From positions 1,099-65,098 of the forward strand of contig JBPCKA010000013.1 of assembly GCA_051004735.1 (NCBI GenBank): a stretch of DNA of 64,000 nucleotides, given 5' to 3'. Source of the stretch: Euzebya sp. (lineage in GTDB: Bacteria > Actinomycetota > Nitriliruptoria > Euzebyales > Euzebyaceae). The notes beneath the pieces were generated by a model that was given only the letters and a program-made list of their open reading frames with translations, did no database searches and was not told where the DNA came from. This document shows positions 9,481 to 20,484 of this stretch, piece after piece (within the stretch, counting starts at the first letter, position 1; each line of letters opens with the position of its first letter). The position numbers and the translations under genes were made by a program.

Positions 9481-9845
9481 CGCGCATTGGGCCGGGCGAT
9501 CATCCGTGACCCCGCAGCGTTCCTGATGGGCGAACCGCTATCCAGCATCGTCGTCCTGCGATCAACGAGCAGCCGATCACGATCGGTATCCGGTCTGAGG
9601 ACGTGGCGGTGACCACCGCCGAGGATGCAGTGGCGGTGCCCGGCACGGTCGCCCTGGTTGAACCGGTTGGTGCCGATGTGTTCCTCAACGTGGTCCTGGC
9701 GGCGGGTGGGAACTGCAGGGTCCGGGTGACGGCCTCTTCCGAGGTCGCCGAGGACACGCCGATCCATCTGCGCTTTCCGAGGAGACCGCATCTGTTCGAC
9801 GACGCTGGCACACGCCTTGCCCCTGCGGTTCAGATCATGAACTGA
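9481..9845 (+). pseudogene. Decayed C-terminal remnant of a MalK/UgpC-type sugar ABC transporter ATPase
   Basis: One frame reads RALGRAIIRDPAAFLMGEPLSS (Walker B / D-loop region) then derails. ORF 9603..9845 reads like the MalK C-terminal TOBE domain (GTVALVEPVGADVFLNV...RVRV...IHLRF..HLFDDAGTRL). No N-terminal Walker A half is present. Confidence 0.6.
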
Positions 9846-10858
9846 TCACTCAGGTCGAAGGTCGTGCGCGCGTGTCCGACCTGCAAGCCCGAGGAGGTGG
9901 TGAGCTTCGGGCGGGCGTGCTGGTCAAGTTGTGCGACGTGATGGTCATCCAGCGCCCCGATCTGCTGCAGCGCTGCGACGGCGGCCATGGTCGAGGGACG
10001 GCCTGGCGACGCCGGGCCACTGATACCGTCATCGATCTTCAGCGCAAGTCCGATCCCGCCAACCACGCCGATGCACTGGACCGCCCCGGCACCGCCCTTG
10101 GCCAGCACCCGCCCTTCACCCACTGACATCAGATCACTGTCGAAGCGGTCGGTGCCGCCTATCAGATACGCCTGGCTGATCATGGCCTGGCGGATCGTCA
10201 TCGCACTGGCCGAGTACTGCGCGGGGAGATCCACCGGATGCATCAGACGCGCGTAGGCATACGCCATCCGGTACACGCTGAGACCATGGCAGGGCGAGTT
10301 GCAGCCATCGGTTCCCACGACGATGGTGTCGGCCGACACGTCGGCGAAGCGGGCCACGTTTGCCAGGATCTCCTGCTGCACCGGATGGTCCTGGTCGTGA
10401 TAGCCGTGATGATCCAGATTCAGGTGTCGGGCTGTGGCGATCATGCTGGTGTGCAGGCCCGAGCAATTGTGATGCAGAGGGCCCGGCTGTTCGCCCTTGC
10501 GCGCCAGAGCCGCCGCCGCCGGTGCGAACAACGGCGGGTGTGTCCCGCACGCCAGGTCTGTGGGCACGCAACCGATCCTGGCCTGCACTGTCGTGACCCG
10601 GTCGACATGGACCGGCTCACCGCTGTGAGATGCACACAGGATGGCCAGGTCCTCAGGCCCCAGGTTCCACCGCGAGGCTGCCCCGGTGTAGACGATGGGC
10701 ATGGCCTGAAACGGCTTGGCGGCCGAACGCATGTAGGCGACCCGGTCGGGATCCACGGAAGCCAGCAGTGTCCCGGCCGCGTCGACAATTGCCAGGTCCC
10801 CCCGGTGGACGGCGTCCACCAGCGGGCCGCGAAGCACCTCGACCAGCACGTCGCTCAT
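9830..10858 (-). CDS. Asparaginase-II family (PF06089) protein
   Basis: ORF 9830..10939; start at MSDVLVEVLRGPLVDAVHRGDLAIVDAAG (10858); collinear with asparaginase II family proteins. Confidence 0.7.
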   Translation of the reverse strand: MSDVLVEVLRGPLVDAVHRGDLAIVDAAGTLLASVDPDRVAYMRSAAKPFQAMPIVYTGAASRWNLGPEDLAILCASHSGEPVHVDRVTTVQARIGCVPTDLACGTHPPLFAPAAAALARKGEQPGPLHHNCSGLHTSMIATARHLNLDHHGYHDQDHPVQQEILANVARFADVSADTIVVGTDGCNSPCHGLSVYRMAYAYARLMHPVDLPAQYSASAMTIRQAMISQAYLIGGTDRFDSDLMSVGEGRVLAKGGAGAVQCIGVVGGIGLALKIDDGISGPASPGRPSTMAAVAALQQIGALDDHHVAQLDQHARPKLTTSSGLQVGHARTTFDLSDQFMI

Positions 10859-10859
10859 A

Positions 10860-11750
10860 TCAACCCGCGAATCGTGCGGTTGGCATCCCCGACACACCGG
10901 GGCGAACAACAAAGATCGCGCCGGCGTGGGGCTGATCACGCCGCTGCTGGACCGTCAACCCACTGGCCGCCGACGTGATGTAGAGCTGGTCCAGGTCGTG
11001 CCCACCGAATGTGCAACTGGTGATCTGCGCCGTAGGCAACTGGATGACGGTGTCAACGCTCCCGTCGGGGCCATACCGCCGCACGCTCCAGCCATCCCAC
11101 ACGGCAACCCACAGATACCCCTCGGCGTCGATGGCCATTCCATCCGGCAAACCGTCCTGCGGTGCCACGTCGATGGTGCGGCGCCGCCCCGAAAGGGTCC
11201 CGCCGCCGATGTCGTAGTCAAAGGCGTCAACAGCACCCATCCCGCTGTCCACGAAGAACATCACGCGATCATCGTCCGACCAGGCCAGACCGTTTGACAC
11301 CGTCGTGCCGCTGAGCATCGTGTGCACGCTCAGGTCGGGATCAAGCCGATACAGCGTCCCTGCGCCAGGTGTCATGTCGGCGGCCATGGTCCCGGCCCAG
11401 AAACGGCCCACGCTGTCGCATTTGCCGTCGTTCATGCGGGTGTCGGCACGATCGCTCTCCACCTCACACACCATCCGTACGCCCGCTTCGGTGCTGTCCA
11501 TCACCGCGAAACCGTCCCGCAGCGCCAAGACCAGTCCTCCCGCTGCTCGTAACGCAACGGCTCCCACTGGCTGGCCCACATCCACCGTCGTGCGCCGACC
11601 GCTGTCTGGGTGCAAGCGGTGCACCTGATGGCGCGGGATATCGACCCACAACAGTTCCTGAGCCGAGTCGTCCCACACGGGACCCTCACCCACTTCCGCG
11701 CCCTCGTCCACGACGATGTCCACCCACTCGCTTCCCACCACCCGGCTCAT
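10860..11750 (-). CDS. SMP-30/gluconolactonase/LRE-like six-bladed beta-propeller lactonase
   Basis: EGPVWDD...LLWVDI...DGKCDSVGRFWAGTM...SNGLAWS...DG and AIDAEGYLWVA motifs; start at MSRVVGSEW (11750). Confidence 0.75.
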   Translation of the reverse strand: MSRVVGSEWVDIVVDEGAEVGEGPVWDDSAQELLWVDIPRHQVHRLHPDSGRRTTVDVGQPVGAVALRAAGGLVLALRDGFAVMDSTEAGVRMVCEVESDRADTRMNDGKCDSVGRFWAGTMAADMTPGAGTLYRLDPDLSVHTMLSGTTVSNGLAWSDDDRVMFFVDSGMGAVDAFDYDIGGGTLSGRRRTIDVAPQDGLPDGMAIDAEGYLWVAVWDGWSVRRYGPDGSVDTVIQLPTAQITSCTFGGHDLDQLYITSAASGLTVQQRRDQPHAGAIFVVRPGVSGMPTARFAG

Positions 11751-14152
11751 GCGCGACCTCGCGTGACCTGGTGCTGACCCTGCCCCCACTCCTGCCCCTC
11801 GATCGCCACGACCATCCCGGCGGGCACCTCAAGGTCGATATGGCCTTCCTCCACGGTGACCGAAAGCCAGCCCAATGGTGTCGGGACGCGGCAGGATGCC
11901 CTGGTCAGGGTTCCCAGCCGCGGATCGACCTCGGTGCGGCTCCAGCCAGGTGCCATTGGACGGATGCCGACGATGTAGGTCACCAGGTCGTAGGTGGGGC
12001 TGGCGGCCCAACCATGACAACGGCTGGATCGGCCGGGGGCGGCATCCCAGAACTCCTGAACCGTGCCGTTGCCGGGCACCAGGTTCCAGCGCAACAGGTT
12101 CTGCAGCACCAGGTCCTCGCGACCGTGTGCGAACAGCGCCTCGTGCAGAAAGCGGCAGAACCATGGTTGGGCCGCGACGACGTCAACCTCAGGATCGAAG
12201 TCCTCTGGCTCCTGATACTGAAACACCGGAATCAGTTCGTGTGCCAGTTCAGGATCCCGCACGTCCGCGGAGGTCGGCGTGAGGACCAGTCGACCACCAA
12301 GCTCCGGGGACGGATCCATAATGCGCGAAATGATATCGGCGACCCGATCCGACGGAACGATGCCTGCCAGCAACGCAGCAGCGTTGGTGTGTTGGCTGAT
12401 CCGCCTGCTGCGCCCCTGTGCCCCCATGGCATCGACATAGACCCTGCGTTCGCCATCCCACAGTTCTTCAAACGCTAAGGCGGTACGGCTGATCAACCCG
12501 CTGACGTCACTGGCGCCGGGCAGGCTTGCGTAGGCGCCCAGTCCTGCGGCGTACAACGCGTCGTGGACCGCGGTGACGCGATCACGGTCGACCTGTGCCC
12601 AGTCGATGAAGACCCACCCGGGGAAATCCTCCAGCAGGCCGCTCGAGCCACGCTGCTGTTCGTACCGCTGGATGATCGCCTCGGCCACAGGCAGATGATC
12701 TCGGACGAAACTCTCGTCCCCCGAGTACTGCCAGTAGGCGGCAAGCGATCGAATCCAGTGCAGTGAGTACTCCGGCATCGTGAAGCCGATACGGCCGAAG
12801 TCACAACCTGCCGCCCCGGCCAGCAGACCACTGGGCAGACGGCTTCTGGCGGTCAGGGCCAGGTGGTGCCGCACCAGATCCTGGTCCGGGTTGGTGACCA
12901 ACGACACCAGGATCTGCGGGTAGGCATCCGATACCCAGGCACGCTGCTCACGCCCTGGACAGTCCAGGAATGCGTCTGTCGAACAGACATCCACGGTCCG
13001 GGCCCCTGCCTGCCACAGCGCGGTGTAACGAGGATCGTCGCAGTCAAAGGCAGCACCTTCCTCGCGTGGATAGTGGGTTTCCTCCACGACCAGCTCAACC
13101 TGGACCCCCGCCGGTTGATGTGTCGTCAGGTACCGCAGGCCGACCGGGTCGAAGAAGCGCACCCGCTCGGTGACCTGCCCGCCAGCCACGTAGCGTGCCG
13201 CCCAGTCACGGGGACTGGTCTCGGTTAGACCGTCCTCCCGCAGATCCTCGCCCGCGACCACATCGATCACCGCCCCGGTAGCCGCACCGGTGATCTGGAG
13301 TTCGACATGACCAAGGCACAACGAGCCGACGTCCCACACCGCCAGATCGCGATCTTCGTCCCCTACCAAGTCGGTCACCAACTGAAGATCCGCATATGCG
13401 GTGATCGGGTCGTCACCCAACAAGGTGCGGATCCGCCGCGATGTCCCAATGGGCTGCGCGCGGCGCAAGATCGATCGCAGTTGAGGGATCGGACGCCGCA
13501 GCGGCGTCATGTAGGGCGCAGCAGGTGGCCGATCCAGCACGGTGCCGTGTCCGCGTCCGCTGAGGATGACCGCGGCCTCCCACCCGACGTCATCCACCTC
13601 GGGGTCGTGGACCCCCAGTGGTGCCAGGCGGCCATCGACCACCTCGGAGGGAAATGAATGCATACCTCCCTGCCCGTTCAGCACCCACGGTGCGGCCAGC
13701 GCGACCCAGGTCGAATCGCTGAGCAGGTCCACTCCACAGTCGGCTGCGGTCTCAAAGCAGAACGATCCCCTGCCCAGGGTTCCCAAAGGGGCGGCGGGAA
13801 CCCACCACGGACCGGGGGTCCCGTAGTACCGACACAGGGCGGTGACCACGTTGCGCCCCGACACCAGATGTGGGGCCAAGTCATATTCATCCCACCCCAG
13901 GAACTCCGGTTCGCCGCGTACCGGCCCCCGGCCGATCAGGGTTCCGTTGATGAACAGTTCGTAGCGTGAGTCGCAGGTGACACGAGCGGGAACCGCACCG
14001 TCGATATCGGCCACGTCGAAGGTACGACGGAGATAGACCATGTGGCCTGCCCCCTCTGTTGGCCGCCACCAGAAGGCCTCGACGGGCTCATGATCCCAGA
14101 TCCAACGCCCCCGCCACGGCCCGGGCCAGGTATGAATCGCCATGCCGCTCAA
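11747..14152 (-). CDS. GH78 alpha-L-rhamnosidase
   Basis: The 801-aa ORF has N-terminal WIWDHEPV...HMVYLRRTFDV and a central six-hairpin region (FLDCPGREQRAWVSDA...), characteristic of bacterial alpha-L-rhamnosidases. Confidence 0.8.
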   Translation of the reverse strand: MSGMAIHTWPGPWRGRWIWDHEPVEAFWWRPTEGAGHMVYLRRTFDVADIDGAVPARVTCDSRYELFINGTLIGRGPVRGEPEFLGWDEYDLAPHLVSGRNVVTALCRYYGTPGPWWVPAAPLGTLGRGSFCFETAADCGVDLLSDSTWVALAAPWVLNGQGGMHSFPSEVVDGRLAPLGVHDPEVDDVGWEAAVILSGRGHGTVLDRPPAAPYMTPLRRPIPQLRSILRRAQPIGTSRRIRTLLGDDPITAYADLQLVTDLVGDEDRDLAVWDVGSLCLGHVELQITGAATGAVIDVVAGEDLREDGLTETSPRDWAARYVAGGQVTERVRFFDPVGLRYLTTHQPAGVQVELVVEETHYPREEGAAFDCDDPRYTALWQAGARTVDVCSTDAFLDCPGREQRAWVSDAYPQILVSLVTNPDQDLVRHHLALTARSRLPSGLLAGAAGCDFGRIGFTMPEYSLHWIRSLAAYWQYSGDESFVRDHLPVAEAIIQRYEQQRGSSGLLEDFPGWVFIDWAQVDRDRVTAVHDALYAAGLGAYASLPGASDVSGLISRTALAFEELWDGERRVYVDAMGAQGRSRRISQHTNAAALLAGIVPSDRVADIISRIMDPSPELGGRLVLTPTSADVRDPELAHELIPVFQYQEPEDFDPEVDVVAAQPWFCRFLHEALFAHGREDLVLQNLLRWNLVPGNGTVQEFWDAAPGRSSRCHGWAASPTYDLVTYIVGIRPMAPGWSRTEVDPRLGTLTRASCRVPTPLGWLSVTVEEGHIDLEVPAGMVVAIEGQEWGQGQHQVTRGRA

Positions 14153-15135
14153 AAGACCGCGAGCGGGTTGACGGGTGAGCCGCTGCCTCCGGGCATCACC
14201 AGGGGGGCCGCGACGAAGAGGAACTCATGGCAGGACAGCTCTCGGCAGGTCTGCGCCAACTCCTCGACCCGAGCATGATCCAACAGGACCAGGCCCATGG
14301 AGGGAATCACCAACTGATGAAAGGGCAGGGGGAACGCGCCCGGCTCGATGTCCCTCGCGGGGGCGTCGTCGGGTAGTCGACCCAGGATGAGGGCGGCCGC
14401 GGTGGTGATGTGCTCGGGTGCATCACCGGTGTACACGGCGACCTCGTGACGATGCATCCAACGGGCCGCGTCCGGTCCTGGGCCGGCGACCAAGGGGTCG
14501 GGGCCCTGGGCCGCCTCGCGCGCATCGGTTCCGGCTCTCACGACCACGACGTCCCCACTGCTGACCTGCAGACCGGCGTGTTGTGCGGCGGCATCAAGAT
14601 CAGCAGAGGTGATCTCGTGCCCCGAATCAAGCCAGTCCACGCCGCGTGCCGCAGCGACATCCAACAGCACCCCCCGGGACACGATGCCATCGCGTTGGGC
14701 GTACACCGACCCGAACCCGAGGCCCTCCTCACCGGCGATGCCCTCAAAGCAGCGACCGTTGTAGGCACTGCCGTCCCAACCACCGATATGGCTGACGCAG
14801 TCGAGGTGGGTCACCCCCTGCTGATGAGTCTCCATCGCAAAATGGTCGGCCGCCGCCGGTGGGGTACCGGTCGTCGGCTCGGTCGTTCGGTTGTACATCA
14901 TGCGCCGCTGGATGTGCCCCTCCTCCCCTGGCGCCCCACCCGCCATCAGGGGGTGGGCCAACGACACCACGATGCCGTGCCGCACCAATCCAGCCGCCTG
15001 AACGCGCTTGGCGGGTGTGATGTAGTTCAGCGTGCCCAGTTCGTCGTCTGGACCCCAGCGACCGGTGTTGCTGATCTCCTCGGCTACTGCCAAGGCGTGC
15101 TCGTCTCGTCCGAAGTGGGCGCCACCGGTGCTCAT
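14149..15135 (-). CDS. Putative cyclase / kynurenine-formamidase-like (PF04199) metallohydrolase
   Basis: HQQGVTHLDCVSH matches the cyclase-family HxGTHxDxxxH metal motif. Confidence 0.6.
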   Translation of the reverse strand: MSTGGAHFGRDEHALAVAEEISNTGRWGPDDELGTLNYITPAKRVQAAGLVRHGIVVSLAHPLMAGGAPGEEGHIQRRMMYNRTTEPTTGTPPAAADHFAMETHQQGVTHLDCVSHIGGWDGSAYNGRCFEGIAGEEGLGFGSVYAQRDGIVSRGVLLDVAAARGVDWLDSGHEITSADLDAAAQHAGLQVSSGDVVVVRAGTDAREAAQGPDPLVAGPGPDAARWMHRHEVAVYTGDAPEHITTAAALILGRLPDDAPARDIEPGAFPLPFHQLVIPSMGLVLLDHARVEELAQTCRELSCHEFLFVAAPLVMPGGSGSPVNPLAVF

Positions 15136-16442
15136 CTCTTCATCGTCCGCAGGTCGTAGGGTCTGGCCGGCATGGGAGGCTGGAAGTCGATGAACGCCGA
15201 GCTCAAACTCTCACCTGAGCGGGTCTTGCGCAGCGGTGCCGCCATCGCATCGGTGGCCGCATTCAGGGCATCAGGGATGAGGTCTGGCCAGCGTCCGGTG
15301 TCGATCCGCTGGATCAGCAGGTCCAGTGCCACCATCGTTTCAGCGACCGTGAAGGTGCAATGGCCACCACGGTGGACATTGAGTTGTCGCAGCAGATCCG
15401 ATTGCCCGGCCCACTGGACCACATCGGCGTAGGCCCTCTCGTTGTCCGGTGTCACCAACCCGTCGCCATCGGAATGGATGGTCAGGACGGGCACCCCGCC
15501 AAGCTGTCCATCGAAGACGATGTGGTCTTCCAGGTAGGACACCGCCTGCGGGTCGGCAGCAATCCGGGGGGCCGCAGCCAACCTCTCCAGATCAGCCTCC
15601 AGGTCCAATCCGGCCTCCCGATACAACGCATGCACCGTGTCGCGGTTGATCGAGCGCTCCAGCAGCGCGGTGTAGTCGACCTCGGTGTTCCAGGACGGGT
15701 TGCCGCCTGCCTGTTGCTCGACCTGCTGGCGTGCCCAGAAGAACACCAGGAAACAGACCTCGTCATACCACTCGTACTGATTGCGCTGTCTGGTTACGAA
15801 ATCATCCGGCGCAGGTTCGGGCGTGCCGGGACCGTGCCATCCGGGCATGTTCCCCATGGCCGCGGCCAACCCCAATCGAGCCCGTCCCGCTGCCTCTGCC
15901 TGCGCCTCGGCCAGGATGGTTCGGGCCACACGCAGGTTGGCGTCGGGCTCGCTGATACGCACCACCTCCAGCGGCGAGGAGTCAGCCAGCAAGGTCGTGA
16001 TGACAAACGCGATGTCAAGCTCCCGGTTGTGGGTGGCGACCGCACCTGACAGGTTCCCGCACAGGGGTAACGCCCCATCGAAACGCTCTGGAGCCTTCTG
16101 CACCAGTCCGGCCGTCATGATTCCGCCGATCGACGTGCCTGCGGGAATAATCCGGCCCGGACTGCCGACCTGATCGGAGAACGTGTCCAACAGCGGTTCA
16201 TAATCCTCAAAGGAACGTTCCAACGGCCAGAACATGGTGTTGATCGAGCTGGCGACGGCAAAGCCGCGATGCAGCAACTCCATGACCAATCCCGAATCCG
16301 GACCCCAGCCCGGCGCCTGGGGCTCCTGGGGGATGGGTCGCGCCAGCAACATCAGCGTGTCGTTGTAGTCGGCAGGGACTCCCAACCGGTAGGCCGACCC
16401 ACTGGGCAGCGTCCCCTCGAACGTCTTGGACTGGGCCATCAC
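15132..16442 (-). CDS. Alpha/beta-hydrolase fold protein (serine hydrolase, GTSIGG nucleophile elbow)
   Basis: GxSxG motif AGTSIGGIM; 436 aa; no closer family assignment possible. Confidence 0.55.
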   Translation of the reverse strand: MMAQSKTFEGTLPSGSAYRLGVPADYNDTLMLLARPIPQEPQAPGWGPDSGLVMELLHRGFAVASSINTMFWPLERSFEDYEPLLDTFSDQVGSPGRIIPAGTSIGGIMTAGLVQKAPERFDGALPLCGNLSGAVATHNRELDIAFVITTLLADSSPLEVVRISEPDANLRVARTILAEAQAEAAGRARLGLAAAMGNMPGWHGPGTPEPAPDDFVTRQRNQYEWYDEVCFLVFFWARQQVEQQAGGNPSWNTEVDYTALLERSINRDTVHALYREAGLDLEADLERLAAAPRIAADPQAVSYLEDHIVFDGQLGGVPVLTIHSDGDGLVTPDNERAYADVVQWAGQSDLLRQLNVHRGGHCTFTVAETMVALDLLIQRIDTGRWPDLIPDALNAATDAMAAPLRKTRSGESLSSAFIDFQPPMPARPYDLRTMKR

Positions 16443-16472
16443 GGATTCCTCCTGTATGTCATGTGGTCGCCT

Positions 16473-17492
16473 TCACCCCAAAGGGCGCGAGGCGTCGGCT
16501 GGCAGCGGGGTACCCGCGAAATGGCACGCCACGGTGTGTCCGCGGGTCTGCTCGACCAGGGGAGGCTCGAGTTCCGCACAGATGTCCTGCGCCAGTGGAC
16601 AGCGCGTCCGGAATCGACATCCCGAGGGCGGGTTGGTCGGACTTGGCAGCTCACCCTGAAGGACGACCGCCCGTTGTCTGCTGTGGGGGACCGGTTCCGG
16701 GATGGCCGAAAGCAATGCCATCGTGTAGGGATGCAGCGGGCTCTCATACAGCTCCCGAGCGGGTGCCAACTCGACGATCTTGCCCAGATACATGACCGCG
16801 ATACGGTCACTGATGTAGCCGACGACAGCCAGGTTGTGGGCGATGAAGACGTAGGTCAGCCCAAGCTCGCGCTTGAGTTCCAGCAACAGATTCAGTACCT
16901 GTGACTGGATCGATACGTCCAACGCGGACACCGGCTCATCCGCCACCAGAAATCGCGGTCGCAACACCAGTGATCGCGCGATGCCGATCCGCTGGCGCTG
17001 CCCGCCGGAGAACTCGTGGGGGAACCGGTCCAGCGCGTCTTCGTCCAGACCTACGCGGTGCAGCATCTCCACAACCCGGTCGTCGCGCTCCCGCCACGAG
17101 GACACGCCGTGAATGATGAGCCCCTCCCCCACTATCTGCCGCACGCTCATGCGTGGGTCAAGGGAGCCGACGGGGTCCTGGAAGATGAACTGCATGTCCT
17201 GTCGTATGCGTTTCAACTGCGTAGGACTCAACGCCAGCAGATCCTGGCCCTCGAAAGTAATCTCACCGGCCGTCGGTTCCAGCAGGCGCAGCAGCGTTCG
17301 CCCCAGGGTGGATTTGCCGCATCCCGACTCGCCGACAAGCCCCAGGGTCTCGCCTGGCATCACATCAAGATCGACGCCGTCGACGGCCTTGACCTGGGCG
17401 ACGGTGCGGGCAAGAAAGCCCTTTCGGATGGGGAAATGCTTCTTCACGCCCCGCGCCTGCAGGACTGCCTGGCTGTCTACGGTGCCCGTCAC
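16473..17492 (-). CDS. Oligopeptide/dipeptide ABC transporter ATP-binding protein (OppF/DppF-like)
   Basis: Walker [10 protein letters not shown], signature [15 protein letters not shown], Walker [13 protein letters not shown]-terminal oligopeptide-ABC Cys motif. GTG start at 17490-17492 overlaps the OppD stop (GTGA). Confidence 0.8.
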   Translation of the reverse strand: MTGTVDSQAVLQARGVKKHFPIRKGFLARTVAQVKAVDGVDLDVMPGETLGLVGESGCGKSTLGRTLLRLLEPTAGEITFEGQDLLALSPTQLKRIRQDMQFIFQDPVGSLDPRMSVRQIVGEGLIIHGVSSWRERDDRVVEMLHRVGLDEDALDRFPHEFSGGQRQRIGIARSLVLRPRFLVADEPVSALDVSIQSQVLNLLLELKRELGLTYVFIAHNLAVVGYISDRIAVMYLGKIVELAPARELYESPLHPYTMALLSAIPEPVPHSRQRAVVLQGELPSPTNPPSGCRFRTRCPLAQDICAELEPPLVEQTRGHTVACHFAGTPLPADASRPLG

Positions 17493-18493
17493 GGTTGGGC
17501 CTGTGACCGAAGTCCCGCGCGAGCGCCGTGCTCGCACAACCAACAGGCCGACGACTGCTGTGCCACAGGCAACAAGGGAGGCATGTCGGTCACACAGCGC
17601 TCGAACGCGTAGTCGCAGCGTGGTGCAAATCGGCACCCTGAAGGCCAGTCGAAGGGGCTGGGCACGCTGCCGCCCACGACCTGCAGTGCGTCGGCCTGCG
17701 TCATGCCCAGAACCGGGATCGAGCGCAACAGGGCCTCGGTATAGGGGTGCTGAGGTTGCTCGAAGACCCGTGCCACCGGACCGCTTTCCACCACCTGCCC
17801 GGCATACATCACGACCACGTCGTGAGCCACCTGCGCGACCACGCCAAGGTCGTGGGTGATCAGGACGACTGCCATGTTCAGGCGCTCTCGCAGATCACGA
17901 AGCAGGGCCAGGATCTGGGCCTGGATGGTCACATCCAGCGCAGTGGTCGGCTCATCTGCAATCAATAGCTTTGGGTCACAGGCCAGTGCGATGGCGATCA
18001 TCACGCGTTGTCGCATGCCGCCGGACAACTCATGCGGGAAGGTATCCACGCGGGTCTCGGGCGAGGGGATGCCAACCAGTCCCAACAACTCGATGGCCCG
18101 CTCACGGGCCAGGCGAGGCTTCACCCGGCGGTGTGCACGGACCGCCTCGATGATCTGGTATCCGATGGTGTAGACCGGATTCAGAGCGCTCATCGGTTCT
18201 TGAAAGATCATGGCAATGTCATCGCCGCGAATGCTCCGCAGTTCGCGTTCGCTCATGCCGACCAGATCGCGGTCCTCAAACACAATCCGACTGCCCTGTT
18301 CAATCCGACCGGGTTTGTCGATCAGTCCCATGATCGACAAACCGGTGACGCTCTTGCCGCAGCCGGATTCCCCGACCACGCACAGGGTCTTGCCTGGCTG
18401 GACCTCGAAGTTGACGCCATCGACAGCCCGTGCGATGCCCCCCTTGGTGTGGAACCAGGTCCGCAGGTTCTCCACCTTCAGCAGCGGCGTCAT
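17489..18493 (-). CDS. Oligopeptide/dipeptide ABC transporter ATP-binding protein (OppD/DppD-like)
   Basis: [36 protein letters not shown]-terminal CRFAPRC motif. Confidence 0.85.
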   Translation of the reverse strand: MTPLLKVENLRTWFHTKGGIARAVDGVNFEVQPGKTLCVVGESGCGKSVTGLSIMGLIDKPGRIEQGSRIVFEDRDLVGMSERELRSIRGDDIAMIFQEPMSALNPVYTIGYQIIEAVRAHRRVKPRLARERAIELLGLVGIPSPETRVDTFPHELSGGMRQRVMIAIALACDPKLLIADEPTTALDVTIQAQILALLRDLRERLNMAVVLITHDLGVVAQVAHDVVVMYAGQVVESGPVARVFEQPQHPYTEALLRSIPVLGMTQADALQVVGGSVPSPFDWPSGCRFAPRCDYAFERCVTDMPPLLPVAQQSSACWLCEHGARAGLRSQAQP

Positions 18494-18503
18494 CGGCCCT
18501 TCT

Positions 18504-19433
18504 TCACTGTGACTGACGCAGACGCGGGTCCAGTGCGTCCCGTAGCCCGTCCCCCAGCAGGGTGTAGCCCACGACCGCGGCCAGGATCACCGCACCTGGC
18601 GTGATCAGCAGCCAGGGGGCAGTGAAGAACCGTGCCTGGCTGCCGCTCAGCATCGCACCCCATTCAGGTGTGGGTGGCTGTGCACCCAGGCCAAGAAAGC
18701 CAAGACCGGCCAGCCCCACGATGACCAGGCCCATGGCAAGTGAGGTGGCAATGATCAACGGTGAGATGGAATTGGGCAGCACATGCCGCAACATGACCCG
18801 CATCCGGGATGCCCCCAAGGCGTGGGCTGCCTCAACGAACTCGCGTTCTCGGATGGACAGCACCATCGAGCGCAGCAAACGGGCGTAGAACGGCACGCCC
18901 CCGATGCCGAAGGCGATCAGGATCTTTGTCAGACCCGGACCCAGCGCCGAGATGATGAGAAGCGCCAATAGCAGTCCGGGGAAGGCCAGCAGCGCATCCA
19001 TGCAGCGCATGATCAGGTTGTCGACAACACCGCCGGTGTATCCCGCCACCAGGCCCAGGATCGCGCCCAGGATCGAGGCGATGGCCACTGACAACAAGCC
19101 CATGACCATTGAGATCCTGGCGCCGTACAGGATTCTGGTCAGCTGATCGCGCCCCAGTTCGTCGGTACCCATGGGATGGGACCACGATGGCGTCCGAAGA
19201 GTGTTCAGCAGATCGATTTTGATGGGCGAGTACGGGGTGAGCACCGGTGCCAGAAGGCCTGCCAGGAACAGCAGCACGACAATGGCCAAGCCGATCTGGA
19301 CGCTCCTGGACTGCCGTAGGACCGTCTTCAGCTCCCTGACGACCAGACTGCGTCCACGGCGGCGCGCAATCGGGGGTGCCCCCGTCATCTCGTCCAGCGC
19401 CTCGGGTGCGAGTTGGCTCACCTCCTGACTCAT
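18504..19433 (-). CDS. ABC transporter permease (OppC/DppC-like)
   Basis: Binding-protein-dependent permease with EAA-like loop ([21 protein letters not shown]). Confidence 0.8.
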   Translation of the reverse strand: MSQEVSQLAPEALDEMTGAPPIARRRGRSLVVRELKTVLRQSRSVQIGLAIVVLLFLAGLLAPVLTPYSPIKIDLLNTLRTPSWSHPMGTDELGRDQLTRILYGARISMVMGLLSVAIASILGAILGLVAGYTGGVVDNLIMRCMDALLAFPGLLLALLIISALGPGLTKILIAFGIGGVPFYARLLRSMVLSIREREFVEAAHALGASRMRVMLRHVLPNSISPLIIATSLAMGLVIVGLAGLGFLGLGAQPPTPEWGAMLSGSQARFFTAPWLLITPGAVILAAVVGYTLLGDGLRDALDPRLRQSQ

Positions 19434-20452
19434 GTGGCACCGCCCTGCACCGAGGCCAGCACCCGCGGATCAAGCTTTGCCTGGGCGACGTCCACCACGG
19501 TGTTGGCGATGACGTACAGCAGCGTGATCAGGATCACCGCCCCTTGCACCACCGGATAGTCGCGTGATTGCAGGGAGATGAAGATGTAGTTGCCGATCCC
19601 CGGCCAACTGAAGATCGTCTCGACGAAGATGGCGGCGGACAACAAGGCGACCAGATCAAGCCCCAGTGCGGTCATGACCGGGTTCAGCGAGTTGCGGACG
19701 CCATGCTTCATCACCACCCGTGGCTGCGACAACCCCTTCGCCCGCGCGGTGCGAACGTAGTCCTCTCCAAATACTTCAAGAAGGCTGCCACGCATCAACC
19801 GTGCCCAAAAGGCAATGGAGGGCAGGGCCAGGGCAACGGCCGGCAGGAACAGGTGCGACAACGCGCTGCGGACCAGATCCAAGCGTCCCGCCAGCAACGC
19901 ATCAATCACCACGAACCCGGTGACCTGCTGCAGGTCGGCCCGGAAGTCCAAGCGGCCACCCAACGGGAAAAGGTCCAGCTTGAACGCGAACAACCACAGA
20001 AACATCAAGCCCAACCAAAAGACCGGAACCCCCACCCCGATGGATGAGAGCATCCGGGCCATGTGGTCGAAGGGGGAGGACCGTTTGACCGCCGCGACAA
20101 TGCCGATGGGCAGGGCGATCAGGATTTCCAGTGAGAAGGCTGCCATGGCCAACTCGATGCTGGCGGGGATCCGATCCATCAGATCGGTGAACACAGGCTG
20201 GTTGGTCCGGATGGAGATACCGAAGTCCAGGTGGACCAGTCGCTGCAGATACAGCAGGTACTGCTGCGCCAGTGAGGCGTCCAATCCCAGGTAGCGGCGG
20301 ATCTGATCCAATTCCGCCGGCGTGGCATCTGGGGCGGCCATGGCCGAGGCGGGGTCTCCGGGAACCAGGCGGATGATGAAGAAGGTTGCCGTCAGCACCA
20401 CCAAGGCGGTGACCAACCCGCTGATCAGTCGTTCAACGCTAAAGCGGAACAT
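19430..20452 (-). CDS. ABC transporter permease (OppB/DppB-like)
   Basis: Typical OppB N-terminus MFRFSVERLISGLVTALVV and EAA loop (RTARAKGLSQPRVVMKHGVRN). Confidence 0.8.
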   Translation of the reverse strand: MFRFSVERLISGLVTALVVLTATFFIIRLVPGDPASAMAAPDATPAELDQIRRYLGLDASLAQQYLLYLQRLVHLDFGISIRTNQPVFTDLMDRIPASIELAMAAFSLEILIALPIGIVAAVKRSSPFDHMARMLSSIGVGVPVFWLGLMFLWLFAFKLDLFPLGGRLDFRADLQQVTGFVVIDALLAGRLDLVRSALSHLFLPAVALALPSIAFWARLMRGSLLEVFGEDYVRTARAKGLSQPRVVMKHGVRNSLNPVMTALGLDLVALLSAAIFVETIFSWPGIGNYIFISLQSRDYPVVQGAVILITLLYVIANTVVDVAQAKLDPRVLASVQGGAT

Positions 20453-20484
20453 TCACTGCCCATCGGTCAACGGAGGCGCCAGTC

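Noticed and set aside
11369-12478. Long +strand ORF (369 aa) and many other 60-250 aa ORFs antisense to or overlapping the rhamnosidase, ABC transporter and XDH genes
   Set aside because: Typical high-GC artefacts: Arg/Pro/Gly-rich translations with no family resemblance, fully embedded in strongly supported genes on the other strand. The same reasoning rejects most unlisted ORFs in the track.
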